From positions 1-30,394 of the forward strand of contig DASWGO010000292.1 in NCBI GenBank assembly GCA_036393695.1: a stretch of 30,394 nt of DNA, given 5' to 3'. Position numbers and translations under genes: made by a program. The DNA is from Thermoplasmata archaeon (GTDB taxonomy: Archaea; Thermoplasmatota; Thermoplasmata; RBG-16-68-12). Each line of letters begins with the position of its first letter. Position 1 is the stretch's first letter. The notes beneath the pieces were generated by a model. It had not been told where the DNA came from, made no database searches, and was given only the letters and a program-made list of their open reading frames with translations. Positions 8,311 to 17,235 of the stretch are shown here, piece after piece.

Positions 8311-9216
8311 TCACGAAACGTACTTGGCGTATTCATCAAGGATTCTCCTCGCAACAGCGCTTGGATTGTGAACGCGGCCAACATACTCACGACCACGATT
8401 CCCGAGCTCAGACCATTGATGCCGCGCGACCAGGATTTCTGACAGACGTTCCTCGAAAGACTTCGAAGAAACCGGGATGACCGGGCACCGATCAAAAAGC
8501 TCTGGATTAACAGACGAGAGCACGACGCATCCGAGCGCCATCGCTTCGACTGAGACCATGCCATAGGCTCCGTACTCGGTCAGCTGGTCGATGACTATGT
8601 CGCACCCTGCCATCAGCTGGACCGCTTCCCGCTGAGTGACACCCGAGACGAGACGGTATTCGAAGTCCAGAGAACGCTGCATCTCTCGGACCTTCCCGGT
8701 AATGAACGCCGTCCCCTTCTTGCTTGGAGTCGAGGGAAAGTGGCCAACAATAGGCTGGCCCGAATTCGCTTTCCTGACGAGTCGGGGAAGGGGATATGGA
8801 TTCGGAACCCAAATGGCACTCGGAGCCCAACGGCGCAAGTCCGGCGTGGCAACGAATTCACAGACCGCGAGATTCCGGAGTGCGTCAGAGATCCCCTCCC
8901 TCAAATCGGAACCATGATAGTGAACAAAGAACGGAGCGTTGCAGAGTCTTCTCAGGTATCGCGCGAACGGTCGAATACCGAAGTGAAAGTGGACGACGTC
9001 CGCCGCTCGCGACAACTTTGCGATGTGCGCGAAGTGAACGACCCGGGCGATTGAAGGAGTCTCGTGGTACAAGTGCAGCCTAAGGTCGCAGGGGAAATCG
9101 CCTTGCTCGGGCTCCAGCTCCACAACGATGGTACTGCATCGCTCAGATTCGAGGGCCCGAGCAATATTCCATGCTACGCCGGCTGTATTCCCGAGCTGGA
9201 GCGAGGCAAGAGGCAC
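8311..9216 (-). CDS. Glycosyltransferase, GT4-like (paralog of 5886..6869)
   Basis: LQLGNTAGVA, VHYHGSDLR, VATPDL, WVPNP, GAYGMVSVEAMALG. Confidence 0.8.
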   Translation of the reverse strand: MPLASLQLGNTAGVAWNIARALESERCSTIVVELEPEQGDFPCDLRLHLYHETPSIARVVHFAHIAKLSRAADVVHFHFGIRPFARYLRRLCNAPFFVHYHGSDLREGISDALRNLAVCEFVATPDLRRWAPSAIWVPNPYPLPRLVRKANSGQPIVGHFPSTPSKKGTAFITGKVREMQRSLDFEYRLVSGVTQREAVQLMAGCDIVIDQLTEYGAYGMVSVEAMALGCVVLSSVNPELFDRCPVIPVSSKSFEERLSEILVARHQWSELGNRGREYVGRVHNPSAVARRILDEYAKYVS

Positions 9217-9320
9217 AGAACGCGGATGAGCGGGACCGAATCATAGGCCTTTCGTTGCTCTCAGGAAGCGAATTGCACGGCGAATCTTTATCTTGCTTAG
9301 GCTGTTCGACGAAGACTTTG

Positions 9321-9803
9321 ATGGCAAATGGGCGGAAGGGTCCGAGACACCTTCGCGCAACTCTGTTTCTGCTGCCCGCGTTTTTCTCCCCCACCTCGTC
9401 TCTCAGAGCCGCCTTCCACAGACTCCGTGGAGTCGATCTTGCGCGCGACGTAGAGGTAGGCTATGAAGTTCTCTTCGACAATCTCTTCCCTGAGCGGGTT
9501 CATGTCCGGTCCGGTGCCACAATTTCAGCGCGGAGCACGATACTCGCTCACGATGAAGCAAAATCCTACGCTTGGGGAGGCAAAGAAGTGGTCGAGGACA
9601 CTTACATTGGGGAGGACGCGTTCCTTGGCATCGCAACCATCGTTCTTGCGGGCGTCCGAATTGGGGCGCGATCAATTGTTGGCGCTGGGGCCGTCGTGAC
9701 TGGAGACGTGCCACCGGACACGATCGCGGCGGGGGTCCCGGCGAGGATCGTCGGTCGCAAAGTCGTCGGCACAAGGCCTTTGGATGCTGGTTCTCGCGGC
9801 TGA
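9321..9803 (+). CDS. Hexapeptide-repeat (left-handed beta-helix) acyltransferase, probable sugar O-acetyltransferase
   Basis: IGEDAFLGIATIVLAGVRIGARSIVGAGAVVTGDVPPDTIAAGVPARIVG. Start reassigned to ATG 9321 (160 aa), downstream of a TATA-like CTTTATC. Confidence 0.85.
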   Translation: MANGRKGPRHLRATLFLLPAFFSPTSSLRAAFHRLRGVDLARDVEVGYEVLFDNLFPERVHVRSGATISARSTILAHDEAKSYAWGGKEVVEDTYIGEDAFLGIATIVLAGVRIGARSIVGAGAVVTGDVPPDTIAAGVPARIVGRKVVGTRPLDAGSRG

Positions 9804-9854
9804 AACCTGCCTCCGAGGATTTTTGTCATGGCCGCAGGGTGAAGAGCGGTGAAC

Positions 9855-10628
9855 ATGTCAGCTGAAACTACCCCGAAACTCGCCTCTATTGTAATCCCGA
9901 CCCTGAACAGACGCCTACTTCTCGAACGCCGACTTCCCATCATTTGCTCTGCAGGCTTTGACGAGGTCATTGTTGTGGACTCAACGCGGTCAATACCAGA
10001 GACCGAGAAAACACGCGAACTCTGTCTCCGCCTCGGTGCACGCTATGTTCCTGCAAGGCTGGGTAGAAGCGCCGCCCGGAACCTCGGTGCCTCGATCGCC
10101 AGCGCCGAGTGGGTCTTCTTCTGCGACGACGATGGATACGTTGTTTCGAAGATATCCCGCGAGGTCCTGCGCTCGGCGGCCCAAGGCTACGATGCGCTTG
10201 TCTTTGCCAACCATCTTGTTTGGATTTTTCGGCAGCCATTCTTCGTCGCGCTAGGGGGTTACAGGGAGAACCTTGTCGCCGGCGAGGATGATGACATTAC
10301 TCGGAGAGCTCTCGGGTCTGGCCGAGTGGGGTCGGCCGAGGGCATTGTTCAAGGCTATATCATCGCTCCCGATTCCGTCGAGCGGCACTCGGATCAATGG
10401 AGGAGACTTCGTAACCAGCTCGAGTACGGCATGACGATGGCGACATTCGCCCTTCAACATCCGAGCCCAAAATCCGTTATCTTGGCGTCCATCCGGAAGG
10501 TCGGTCTACTTGCAAAATCTCGAGAGGAGACAATCCGCCTGAGAATCGCGGAAATACTCATGCTCGGCCTAGGGATTTCCCTTACTCTGGCCCATCTTCT
10601 GTGGCGAAACGGGCTGCGATCGAAGTGA
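9855..10628 (+). CDS. Glycosyltransferase family 2
   Basis: SIVIPTLNR, DEVIVVDS, FFCDDDG (DxD) and LGGYRENLVAGEDDD; GGTGA SD immediately before ATG 9855. Confidence 0.85.
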   Translation: MSAETTPKLASIVIPTLNRRLLLERRLPIICSAGFDEVIVVDSTRSIPETEKTRELCLRLGARYVPARLGRSAARNLGASIASAEWVFFCDDDGYVVSKISREVLRSAAQGYDALVFANHLVWIFRQPFFVALGGYRENLVAGEDDDITRRALGSGRVGSAEGIVQGYIIAPDSVERHSDQWRRLRNQLEYGMTMATFALQHPSPKSVILASIRKVGLLAKSREETIRLRIAEILMLGLGISLTLAHLLWRNGLRSK

Positions 10629-10637
10629 GGGCACGGT

Positions 10638-12074
10638 TTACCTGATTACCATAGCGCTGATTTGCTTCATCGATGCCGAAAACTCTCCACCCGAAGTGGC
10701 CTCGAGAATACAGATGTACCCAACGACTCCAAGCACCGTGGCAATCAAGAGACTCACCAGACCAGGCGGAAAAACGAACAGAACGGTAGACATCCCAACC
10801 GCGGCCATCGCGGAGGCGAAGATCGGCTTGGAAACGACTCTCGCGACCTCTTGCCATCGCACGCCGACGAGCCGCCCGACAAGACGTGTGAGCGAGCAGA
10901 AGTAGACCAGCGCGGCTGCCACAGCCGCGACCGCGACCGACAAGAACGCTTTGTAAAATATCGCGCCGGCGAGACCGATCAAAAGGGCGAGCGCACCATA
11001 GGCATTTGACTTTGTTACAAGTCTTGCCTCACCCATGGCGAGGAGCGCGGAACTCGCCGGGACTGACAATGCAAACGCAAGCCCTCCGACGGAAAGCACC
11101 TGCATCACGGGAGCGGTCCCACTCCATCGTGCCCCTAGGATAATGCTCACAAAAGAGGGGGACAAGACGGCTATCGCTGCGGCCACGGGGAAGAGGAAGT
11201 AAGCGACGTATCGAATGGTAACTGCGTATCCACGCCCGAGTCGCTCCGGGTCCTTGTTCAAACGCGAAAACACAGGGAACAGGACAGTTTCTACGAGCGA
11301 CGAGGCGTTTCGAGGTACGGTAACCGCGAGCGAATACGAGAATGAATAGATGCCGAGGGCGGCAATCCCGAACGCGCCTGCTACCGCCGCATTGTCCGCG
11401 GTCACAAGCAGAAATCCGAAAACCGTCGCGATTGAGACAAACTTCCCCGAGGAGACAAGGGCTTTGGCGATATCCAACCGAAACTCCTTCTTGGTCTTGA
11501 CACGCATTATCAAGCAGACGGAAAAGGCGGAGGTCCAAGTAGAAACGAGCAAGCCCAAGGCTAGGCTCCAGAAGCCAAATCCAATCACCGCGAAGCAAAC
11601 GGCGCTCACGGGCCCAATCAACCGGCCAGCGGTATCCGCGACGGCGAGAGACCTGAAGTTAAGAGCTCGGGTGAGTGCTGCACGAGATCCGAATGAGAAT
11701 GCGGCTGCCGGAAAGATTGTGCTTAGCGCCGCAACGAGCCAGAGAAAGGATGGCATCGAAAACAGAAATGCGAACGCGCTAGCGATGATCAACGCGAATC
11801 CGGTCAGAAAGAGCGCGATCAACCAGCGCAGTCTAATCGCTGTCGGGAGGATGTTTTCGACTTCGTCTCGACGTATCACTTCGACCGTCAAGCCAAGATC
11901 CCCGGGTATTGCAACGAGAGCAATCGCGATCATTGCCAAGCCGAAGAGACCAAAATCGCTCGGTCCGAGCAATGTCGCGAGAGCTATGCCTGCGACTTGC
12001 GAAACCCCTGCGGAGAGCGCCTGCAAGGAACCAAGCCATCCGAGGCCGCGCACCAATGAACGGCGATAACTCAT
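10638..12074 (-). CDS. Wzx-type oligosaccharide flippase (MOP/PST family)
   Basis: 478 aa, many TM segments; N-terminal 'ALATLLGPSDFGLF', 'FGIAALGIYSFSYSLA', 'VLFPVFSR'; GGAGGT SD. Confidence 0.9.
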   Translation of the reverse strand: MSYRRSLVRGLGWLGSLQALSAGVSQVAGIALATLLGPSDFGLFGLAMIAIALVAIPGDLGLTVEVIRRDEVENILPTAIRLRWLIALFLTGFALIIASAFAFLFSMPSFLWLVAALSTIFPAAAFSFGSRAALTRALNFRSLAVADTAGRLIGPVSAVCFAVIGFGFWSLALGLLVSTWTSAFSVCLIMRVKTKKEFRLDIAKALVSSGKFVSIATVFGFLLVTADNAAVAGAFGIAALGIYSFSYSLAVTVPRNASSLVETVLFPVFSRLNKDPERLGRGYAVTIRYVAYFLFPVAAAIAVLSPSFVSIILGARWSGTAPVMQVLSVGGLAFALSVPASSALLAMGEARLVTKSNAYGALALLIGLAGAIFYKAFLSVAVAAVAAALVYFCSLTRLVGRLVGVRWQEVARVVSKPIFASAMAAVGMSTVLFVFPPGLVSLLIATVLGVVGYICILEATSGGEFSASMKQISAMVIR

Positions 12075-12154
12075 GGGTCGTGCGGACCTCCCTATCCTGC
12101 CAATGTGCCGAGCGTGGACTGCCCAGATCTAGGATAATCTTGCCTCTCCATGAA

Positions 12155-12976
12155 TCACACCGCTAGGCGTTCGTAGTATTGCGCTAACTCCCCGAGGGTA
12201 GCGAATTTGTAGCCCTCCCTCTTTGCTTGGGCAACGAACTCCTCCAGGACGCGAAGACGAGTGGGGGAAATTCGTTTCGGATGAGCTTGGATCACGAGAA
12301 GTCGATCTCTGCCGTTTAGATGTCGAGCAGCTTTCATCCAAGTGTCGGTCACAATGTCCAACTCAGAATTATCGAGCTTTGGCCCTTTGGCATACTCGAA
12401 AAAGAACCAGTCGTCGAGCTCGAAAACGGGTAATTCGACAACCCGGGGCGCGACTGGATAGGGGTGGGCAGACGCACGGCCTGACACCTCGCGGATGAGT
12501 GTCCGGGGATACGTTAGAAATGTATCACGAAAGGAGGTGCGTCGCCGGGAAAAAAGGTTCCAGGTCCGGAGCCAGAAGTCGTGCGATGTCCTGCTGCTAT
12601 CATACGTGAATCCTTCGAGCGAGAGGGCAGAGTAGAGGTTTTGGTCATGAGCTAAGTATGGAGCCCGAAAGCCTATTGGGCTCATACCAAGGGTCTTCTC
12701 AAAGGCAACTCTCATGGCCTTCAACCTGGCGCGTTGCACTTCTACCGGTCCGACGAAGGGTTCGTGAACGTCTCCGTGACCAGCGATCTCAATGCCCTGC
12801 TCTGCGAGGAAACTCATCTTGTGGGGACTGCTTTCGAGTGCTTGCGCTACCACAGGGATGGACATCGGCACGCTACAGCTATTGAGCGTTTCGCAGAGTG
12901 GGCGGAGGCACGACGCGATGTCCTCCAAGCCATCGTCGATATCCCCGGTTAGAGCAATCTGCAGTTGTCTCGCCAT
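12155..12976 (-). CDS. Polysaccharide deacetylase family protein (CE4/NodB-like)
   Basis: LTGDID, EIAGHGDVH (H-x3-H metal motif), GFRAPYL, YDSS, LVIQAHP. Confidence 0.85.
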   Translation of the reverse strand: MARQLQIALTGDIDDGLEDIASCLRPLCETLNSCSVPMSIPVVAQALESSPHKMSFLAEQGIEIAGHGDVHEPFVGPVEVQRARLKAMRVAFEKTLGMSPIGFRAPYLAHDQNLYSALSLEGFTYDSSRTSHDFWLRTWNLFSRRRTSFRDTFLTYPRTLIREVSGRASAHPYPVAPRVVELPVFELDDWFFFEYAKGPKLDNSELDIVTDTWMKAARHLNGRDRLLVIQAHPKRISPTRLRVLEEFVAQAKREGYKFATLGELAQYYERLAV

Positions 12977-12979
12977 CTT

Positions 12980-13756
12980 TCATCCCATGGGTCTCGCGGC
13001 GACGACCATTAGAGACTCGCCCTTGGCCCGGCTAACGTGCATGTCGAGCAAGGCAACGGTCATGAGAACCGGAAAGAGGAGCACCGCCAATGGGAAGGCA
13101 ACGCTCGAAAGCCTCTCGGAGCATAATGCCGCCGAAGCTCCCCATCTGCGCAGAATGGGGAAGACATGGCGAACCCTGAATCCGAAGCCTTGCAGCATCC
13201 CGGAGATGCGCTCAGGGAGGAACCCTGTCTCGACAGGAAGCCAAGTGAGTCCATCCGCCCAAACCGCTCGCCAGGTTGCTGGACAGATGATTAGCAGGAC
13301 GCCGGCTCGGGCTACCAAAGAAGCCACCTCTTCGATCACCTTGCTGTCTTGCCGAGCATCGCGCGCTATGTCCGAAAAGACGACGAGATCAAAGGTCCCA
13401 TATTTCCGTGCCGCTTGGATCGTGCCGGTCTCGAAAACCATATTTCGTAAACGTCCCTTCGCGGCACAGCCCCGATTGTGGTCTGTGATCTCTTCATATT
13501 GGTCGAGTCCGACGACCAGCGCCTCAGGAAACTGAAGGCTGAGGGGGAATGCAATCGGCGCGATGCCCCCTAACCAGCCTAGTTCCCCTGACCTCCCACA
13601 GCCTGCGTCCAGAATCCGCTTGGGGTAGGACCGCTGAAGGACTCGGCGGCAATGCAGCGATCGTAGCCTCGCTCGGATGTTTGGGTCCCCGAGGCAGAAA
13701 GCTCTGCCGGCGAACACTAGGAGCCGCGATGTTCGGTTCTTCCGGAATTCCCTCAT
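12980..13756 (-). CDS. Class I SAM-dependent methyltransferase
   Basis: RILDAGCG motif I, VVGLD, TFDLVV; ATGA overlap with the upstream GT4. Confidence 0.75.
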   Translation of the reverse strand: MREFRKNRTSRLLVFAGRAFCLGDPNIRARLRSLHCRRVLQRSYPKRILDAGCGRSGELGWLGGIAPIAFPLSLQFPEALVVGLDQYEEITDHNRGCAAKGRLRNMVFETGTIQAARKYGTFDLVVFSDIARDARQDSKVIEEVASLVARAGVLLIICPATWRAVWADGLTWLPVETGFLPERISGMLQGFGFRVRHVFPILRRWGASAALCSERLSSVAFPLAVLLFPVLMTVALLDMHVSRAKGESLMVVAARPMG

Positions 13757-14883
13757 GAAATCCCCTGGGGCTTGGACATGGCGCGGCTAATGGTTTCGAG
13801 AATCGCTTTCGCCCGCGATTCCCATGAGGCCAATCTCGCGTACTCAAGACCAATTCGGCTCATTTGCTCGCGTTTCTCTGAGTCCGCAAGAAGCACTTCA
13901 ACTGCACTGGCGAGCGTTTGAGCATTGTCGGCTTCAATGACAAGGCCAGCCTCTTGAACAAGGTCCGGGACTCCCGGCACGTTACTCGCTATCACCGGAC
14001 GTGCCATGGCCATGTATTCGAAAATCTTGAGCGGCGAAATTTCAATCAACTCGTTTCGCCCGCGCGAGAAAGGGGCGACGCAAATATCGCTCGCAGCGAT
14101 GGCAAGAGGGACCTGGGAGTGATCGAGCGGACCTGCCATGCGGACTGTGCCGATCAATCCTCGCGCTTCGATCCCACGTCGGATTGAATCGCGCAGGGGG
14201 CCGTCCCCGACCAGGACCCATAACAACCCGCGATTCCCCAGAAGACCCGCCGCGTCCAAGAGAGTTTCCAACCCCTGCCATGGAACGAGCTTTCCAACGA
14301 AAGTGACAATCCAACCGGTCTCGGGCCAGGATAGCGATCGGCGTGCTTCACGTACGTCAAGCGGCTTGAAAATAGATAGGTCTACACCATTAGGTACCGC
14401 TACGAATCGGCCTAGATCGAGTCCGGTCTCCGTGGCGATTGCCCTCGCCAGTCCGAGAGCAGGAACAAATATCTTCTTGCATCGGCGCAAGAGATAGCGT
14501 CGAAGCATCCTTCGTGGCCATCGAGGTCGTATGGACCCTGACTCCGATTCTTCCGACACCAAACCGTTGATCTCAAGAAAAAGAGGAATGCCCATTCGCC
14601 GGGAGACATAGAAACCGAGCTTTGGGCTCGAGCGCCGTTCATACACTATTTCGGGATGGAAGCGCGTCGAAATCCGCTGAACGTCCATTCTGGCGCCCCT
14701 TCCTAAGTTTCGAATAGCAGCGACCTCGAGTCCAGACTGCAAGCTCGAGACGGAACCTCCCGAAACCAATAGAAGCACGTGGTGACCGAGCGACGCGAAC
14801 GCGCTACAGATAGAGAGAGTGTGAACTGATTGGCCGTCCTGTTCGTCCAGGTTGACGTCTGAGGCCAAGAATAGAATTCGCAC
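13753..14883 (-). CDS. Glycosyltransferase family 4
   Basis: MRILFLA, VPNGVD, FVGKLVPWQGLE, SPLKIFEYMAMARPVIAS; AAGGAG SD before the GTG. Confidence 0.9.
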   Translation of the reverse strand: MRILFLASDVNLDEQDGQSVHTLSICSAFASLGHHVLLLVSGGSVSSLQSGLEVAAIRNLGRGARMDVQRISTRFHPEIVYERRSSPKLGFYVSRRMGIPLFLEINGLVSEESESGSIRPRWPRRMLRRYLLRRCKKIFVPALGLARAIATETGLDLGRFVAVPNGVDLSIFKPLDVREARRSLSWPETGWIVTFVGKLVPWQGLETLLDAAGLLGNRGLLWVLVGDGPLRDSIRRGIEARGLIGTVRMAGPLDHSQVPLAIAASDICVAPFSRGRNELIEISPLKIFEYMAMARPVIASNVPGVPDLVQEAGLVIEADNAQTLASAVEVLLADSEKREQMSRIGLEYARLASWESRAKAILETISRAMSKPQGIS

Positions 14884-14911
14884 AGCTACTCTCCTTTCAA
14901 GGGCTTCGGAG

Positions 14912-16117
14912 TCACTTGGAGACCAACCGATCGTAAAGCGCGCTCATCGCTTTCCCTGAGTCTTCAATTTTTAGATGTCTCCTGGCAAAGTCCGATGCTA
15001 CTAATGACAACTTGAGAAAGCTCTCTTCGTCCGTGAGTTTTCGGAGCCACTCATCCCAGAGATCGATTCGGTTCAACGGTATGGTTCCGCCTGCGCCAGA
15101 CCGTTGCACCAGCTCAGCGGTACCACCCATTGGGGTGCAAAGGACCGGTGTGCCAGTGGAAAGCGCCTCATGCACCACCAATGGAGAATTTTCGGGAATT
15201 AGAGAGGGGACAAGGAGAGCACGCGCTTCTGAAATCGCTCGGATCGTCTCGGTTCTCGACCGCTGGCCCAGGAAGTCGACGCGCGGATTTGGTGCACGCT
15301 CGTGTGTTGACCGAAGCGCCATCAACTCGGGTCCGCCGCCGACAAACGCAAACTCCGCGGTAGTCGGTATTGAGTTCCGAGAGGCGAGGTCCAGGACAAA
15401 TCTCGGATTCTTGTAGTAGACCATGCGGCCCGCCCAAACGAATCGGTGGGTTCTCCTCTCTGGAGGGTGAGGAATATTGCCCATGTCAATTCCAAGCGGA
15501 ATCACCTCAATTTTCGAGTTGGTCGAGAAGCCTCGACTCAGAAGCGCGTCCTTCATGTAGTTGCTCGGCGACACAAAGGTCGTAACCGACGACTCGAAAC
15601 GCGAGATCAGCTTTGCACGAAGCGTGAGATTCACCGAGCCGACTAATCGGTGGCCTGGGTCGAAGCAGCAGGACGGTTGGATCCGCGAACAGGCTTGATT
15701 CTTCGACGGGTCGTATAGAATCCCGCGATAGCAGACTGGCCAGTGGTCGTGGACGTGACATACGACTGGTGAGCGTAGCGAGAGTAGAAGCGGGTACATC
15801 ATTATTGTTGAGTTGATGTTGTGCAGGTGGATGACGTCATGCGCCCCGCGTTCCAGTTCGCGTGTCATTGCCTTTGCGAACGGGTTGAAGTTGTACCCGA
15901 ACAAATCAGACGTCAATTTCGGAAACGGTGGTTCGGATCGGAAGAAATGAATCGTAATACCATCACGGCGTTCCACGCGTGTCCTGCCGTGACCGCTTGT
16001 AAAAACTTCGACGGATAGGCCTCGTCGGGCAAGCTCCACGCACAAATCGTACGCAAAAAGCTCGGCACCACCGATTACCCGCGGAGGGAAAAAGTTAGTC
16101 ACCATCGCGACCTTCAT
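14912..16117 (-). CDS. Glycosyltransferase family 4
   Basis: MKVAMVTNFFPPRVIGGAE, HDHWPVC, PSLIPENSPLVVHEALSTGTPV. Start ATG 16117 overlaps the upstream stop (ATGA). Confidence 0.9.
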   Translation of the reverse strand: MKVAMVTNFFPPRVIGGAELFAYDLCVELARRGLSVEVFTSGHGRTRVERRDGITIHFFRSEPPFPKLTSDLFGYNFNPFAKAMTRELERGAHDVIHLHNINSTIMMYPLLLSLRSPVVCHVHDHWPVCYRGILYDPSKNQACSRIQPSCCFDPGHRLVGSVNLTLRAKLISRFESSVTTFVSPSNYMKDALLSRGFSTNSKIEVIPLGIDMGNIPHPPERRTHRFVWAGRMVYYKNPRFVLDLASRNSIPTTAEFAFVGGGPELMALRSTHERAPNPRVDFLGQRSRTETIRAISEARALLVPSLIPENSPLVVHEALSTGTPVLCTPMGGTAELVQRSGAGGTIPLNRIDLWDEWLRKLTDEESFLKLSLVASDFARRHLKIEDSGKAMSALYDRLVSK

Positions 16118-17184
16118 GTGAGCGCCTCGTACAGCCGCATCGTCTGTTGGGCGATAGAGGGCCAAGAGCGACTCTCCGCCATCCACTGCGCAGCCTTCCG
16201 CCCCATCGATAGGCGGGACTCGGGATTTTCGGCCAGGAATATCAGCGCGTCGGCGATGCCATCTGCGATTTGATCGAAGTCGGCACGCCGGACCACAACC
16301 CCGGTCTCCATGTCAAGGACGTCTTCGGCAAGCCCACCCACATCTGTAACAACCACTGGTCGCCCAAGCGATTGCGCGGCGATTGCGATTCCGCTTTGAG
16401 AGGCTTCGGTGTATGGGAGCACGACCGCGGCTGCTTTCCCAACTTCCTCAACAAGCTCAGCCGGGCTCACAAACCGGTTCACAATCTCAACACCCCCGAT
16501 TCGATCAATTAATCGAGCATAGGGGCTCAGATCCCCCTCGCCCACGATTCGGAAGCGCGGCTTCTGCACGCGTTCCCGAACGAGAGGAATCGATGCGAGG
16601 AAGTGCTCCAACCCCTTGTATCGGGTAATTCGGCCAAGAAACAGGAAGGTCCTCCCGTCAGCATCCGGAACGGCGGCGAACCTGCGGTAGAACGAAAACT
16701 CGCCGTGGGGGATAACATGAATCTTCTCGAGTCCTAGGCGAAAACGGCGCATCAGCATGTCTCTCTGCGTCCGACCGTGGACGACAATCGCACCGGCTCT
16801 CGCCGCAAAGATTGAGAGCGCCGGGAACGACCAAGGATCCGGGGATCCCTCGTGAGGGAAGGGATCGTGAACAGTCAACACGTACGGGTGCCTCAAGCGA
16901 TGGACGAAGGGAGCCCGCCAGGAATATGCGTTCTGAAAGTGAACCACGTCGCACCCTTTCGAAGAGATGGTCCGAAGAAGATGGATCTCGTTCCAGAGAC
17001 GCTGCCCGGAAGACCGCCCCGGCGTCCCCAACGCGAGCAAGCCGACCCTGTCGTCGAGAAGCGGCATGATTTGAGGAGCGAGCACGTCCCAGCATGGGAA
17101 CGACACACCCGCCCCGACCGCGAGCGCGTTCGCAAGCTGAATCGAATACTCAACCTGGAAGTTCGGGACCAAGATGATCCTCAT
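16114..17184 (-). CDS. Glycosyltransferase family 4
   Basis: TVHDPFPHEG, VIPHG, FLGRITRYKGLE, LPYTEASQSG, VTDVGGL. Confidence 0.9.
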   Translation of the reverse strand: MRIILVPNFQVEYSIQLANALAVGAGVSFPCWDVLAPQIMPLLDDRVGLLALGTPGRSSGQRLWNEIHLLRTISSKGCDVVHFQNAYSWRAPFVHRLRHPYVLTVHDPFPHEGSPDPWSFPALSIFAARAGAIVVHGRTQRDMLMRRFRLGLEKIHVIPHGEFSFYRRFAAVPDADGRTFLFLGRITRYKGLEHFLASIPLVRERVQKPRFRIVGEGDLSPYARLIDRIGGVEIVNRFVSPAELVEEVGKAAAVVLPYTEASQSGIAIAAQSLGRPVVVTDVGGLAEDVLDMETGVVVRRADFDQIADGIADALIFLAENPESRLSMGRKAAQWMAESRSWPSIAQQTMRLYEALT

Positions 17185-17235
17185 GCTTCTCCCCTTGCCG
17201 CAGCTCGCAGCCCGACGGCAACTCGAAGGAAGGAT

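Noticed and set aside
12792-13535. 247-aa plus-strand ORF
   Set aside because: Antisense to the methyltransferase and deacetylase; Ser/Arg-rich non-protein-like composition.
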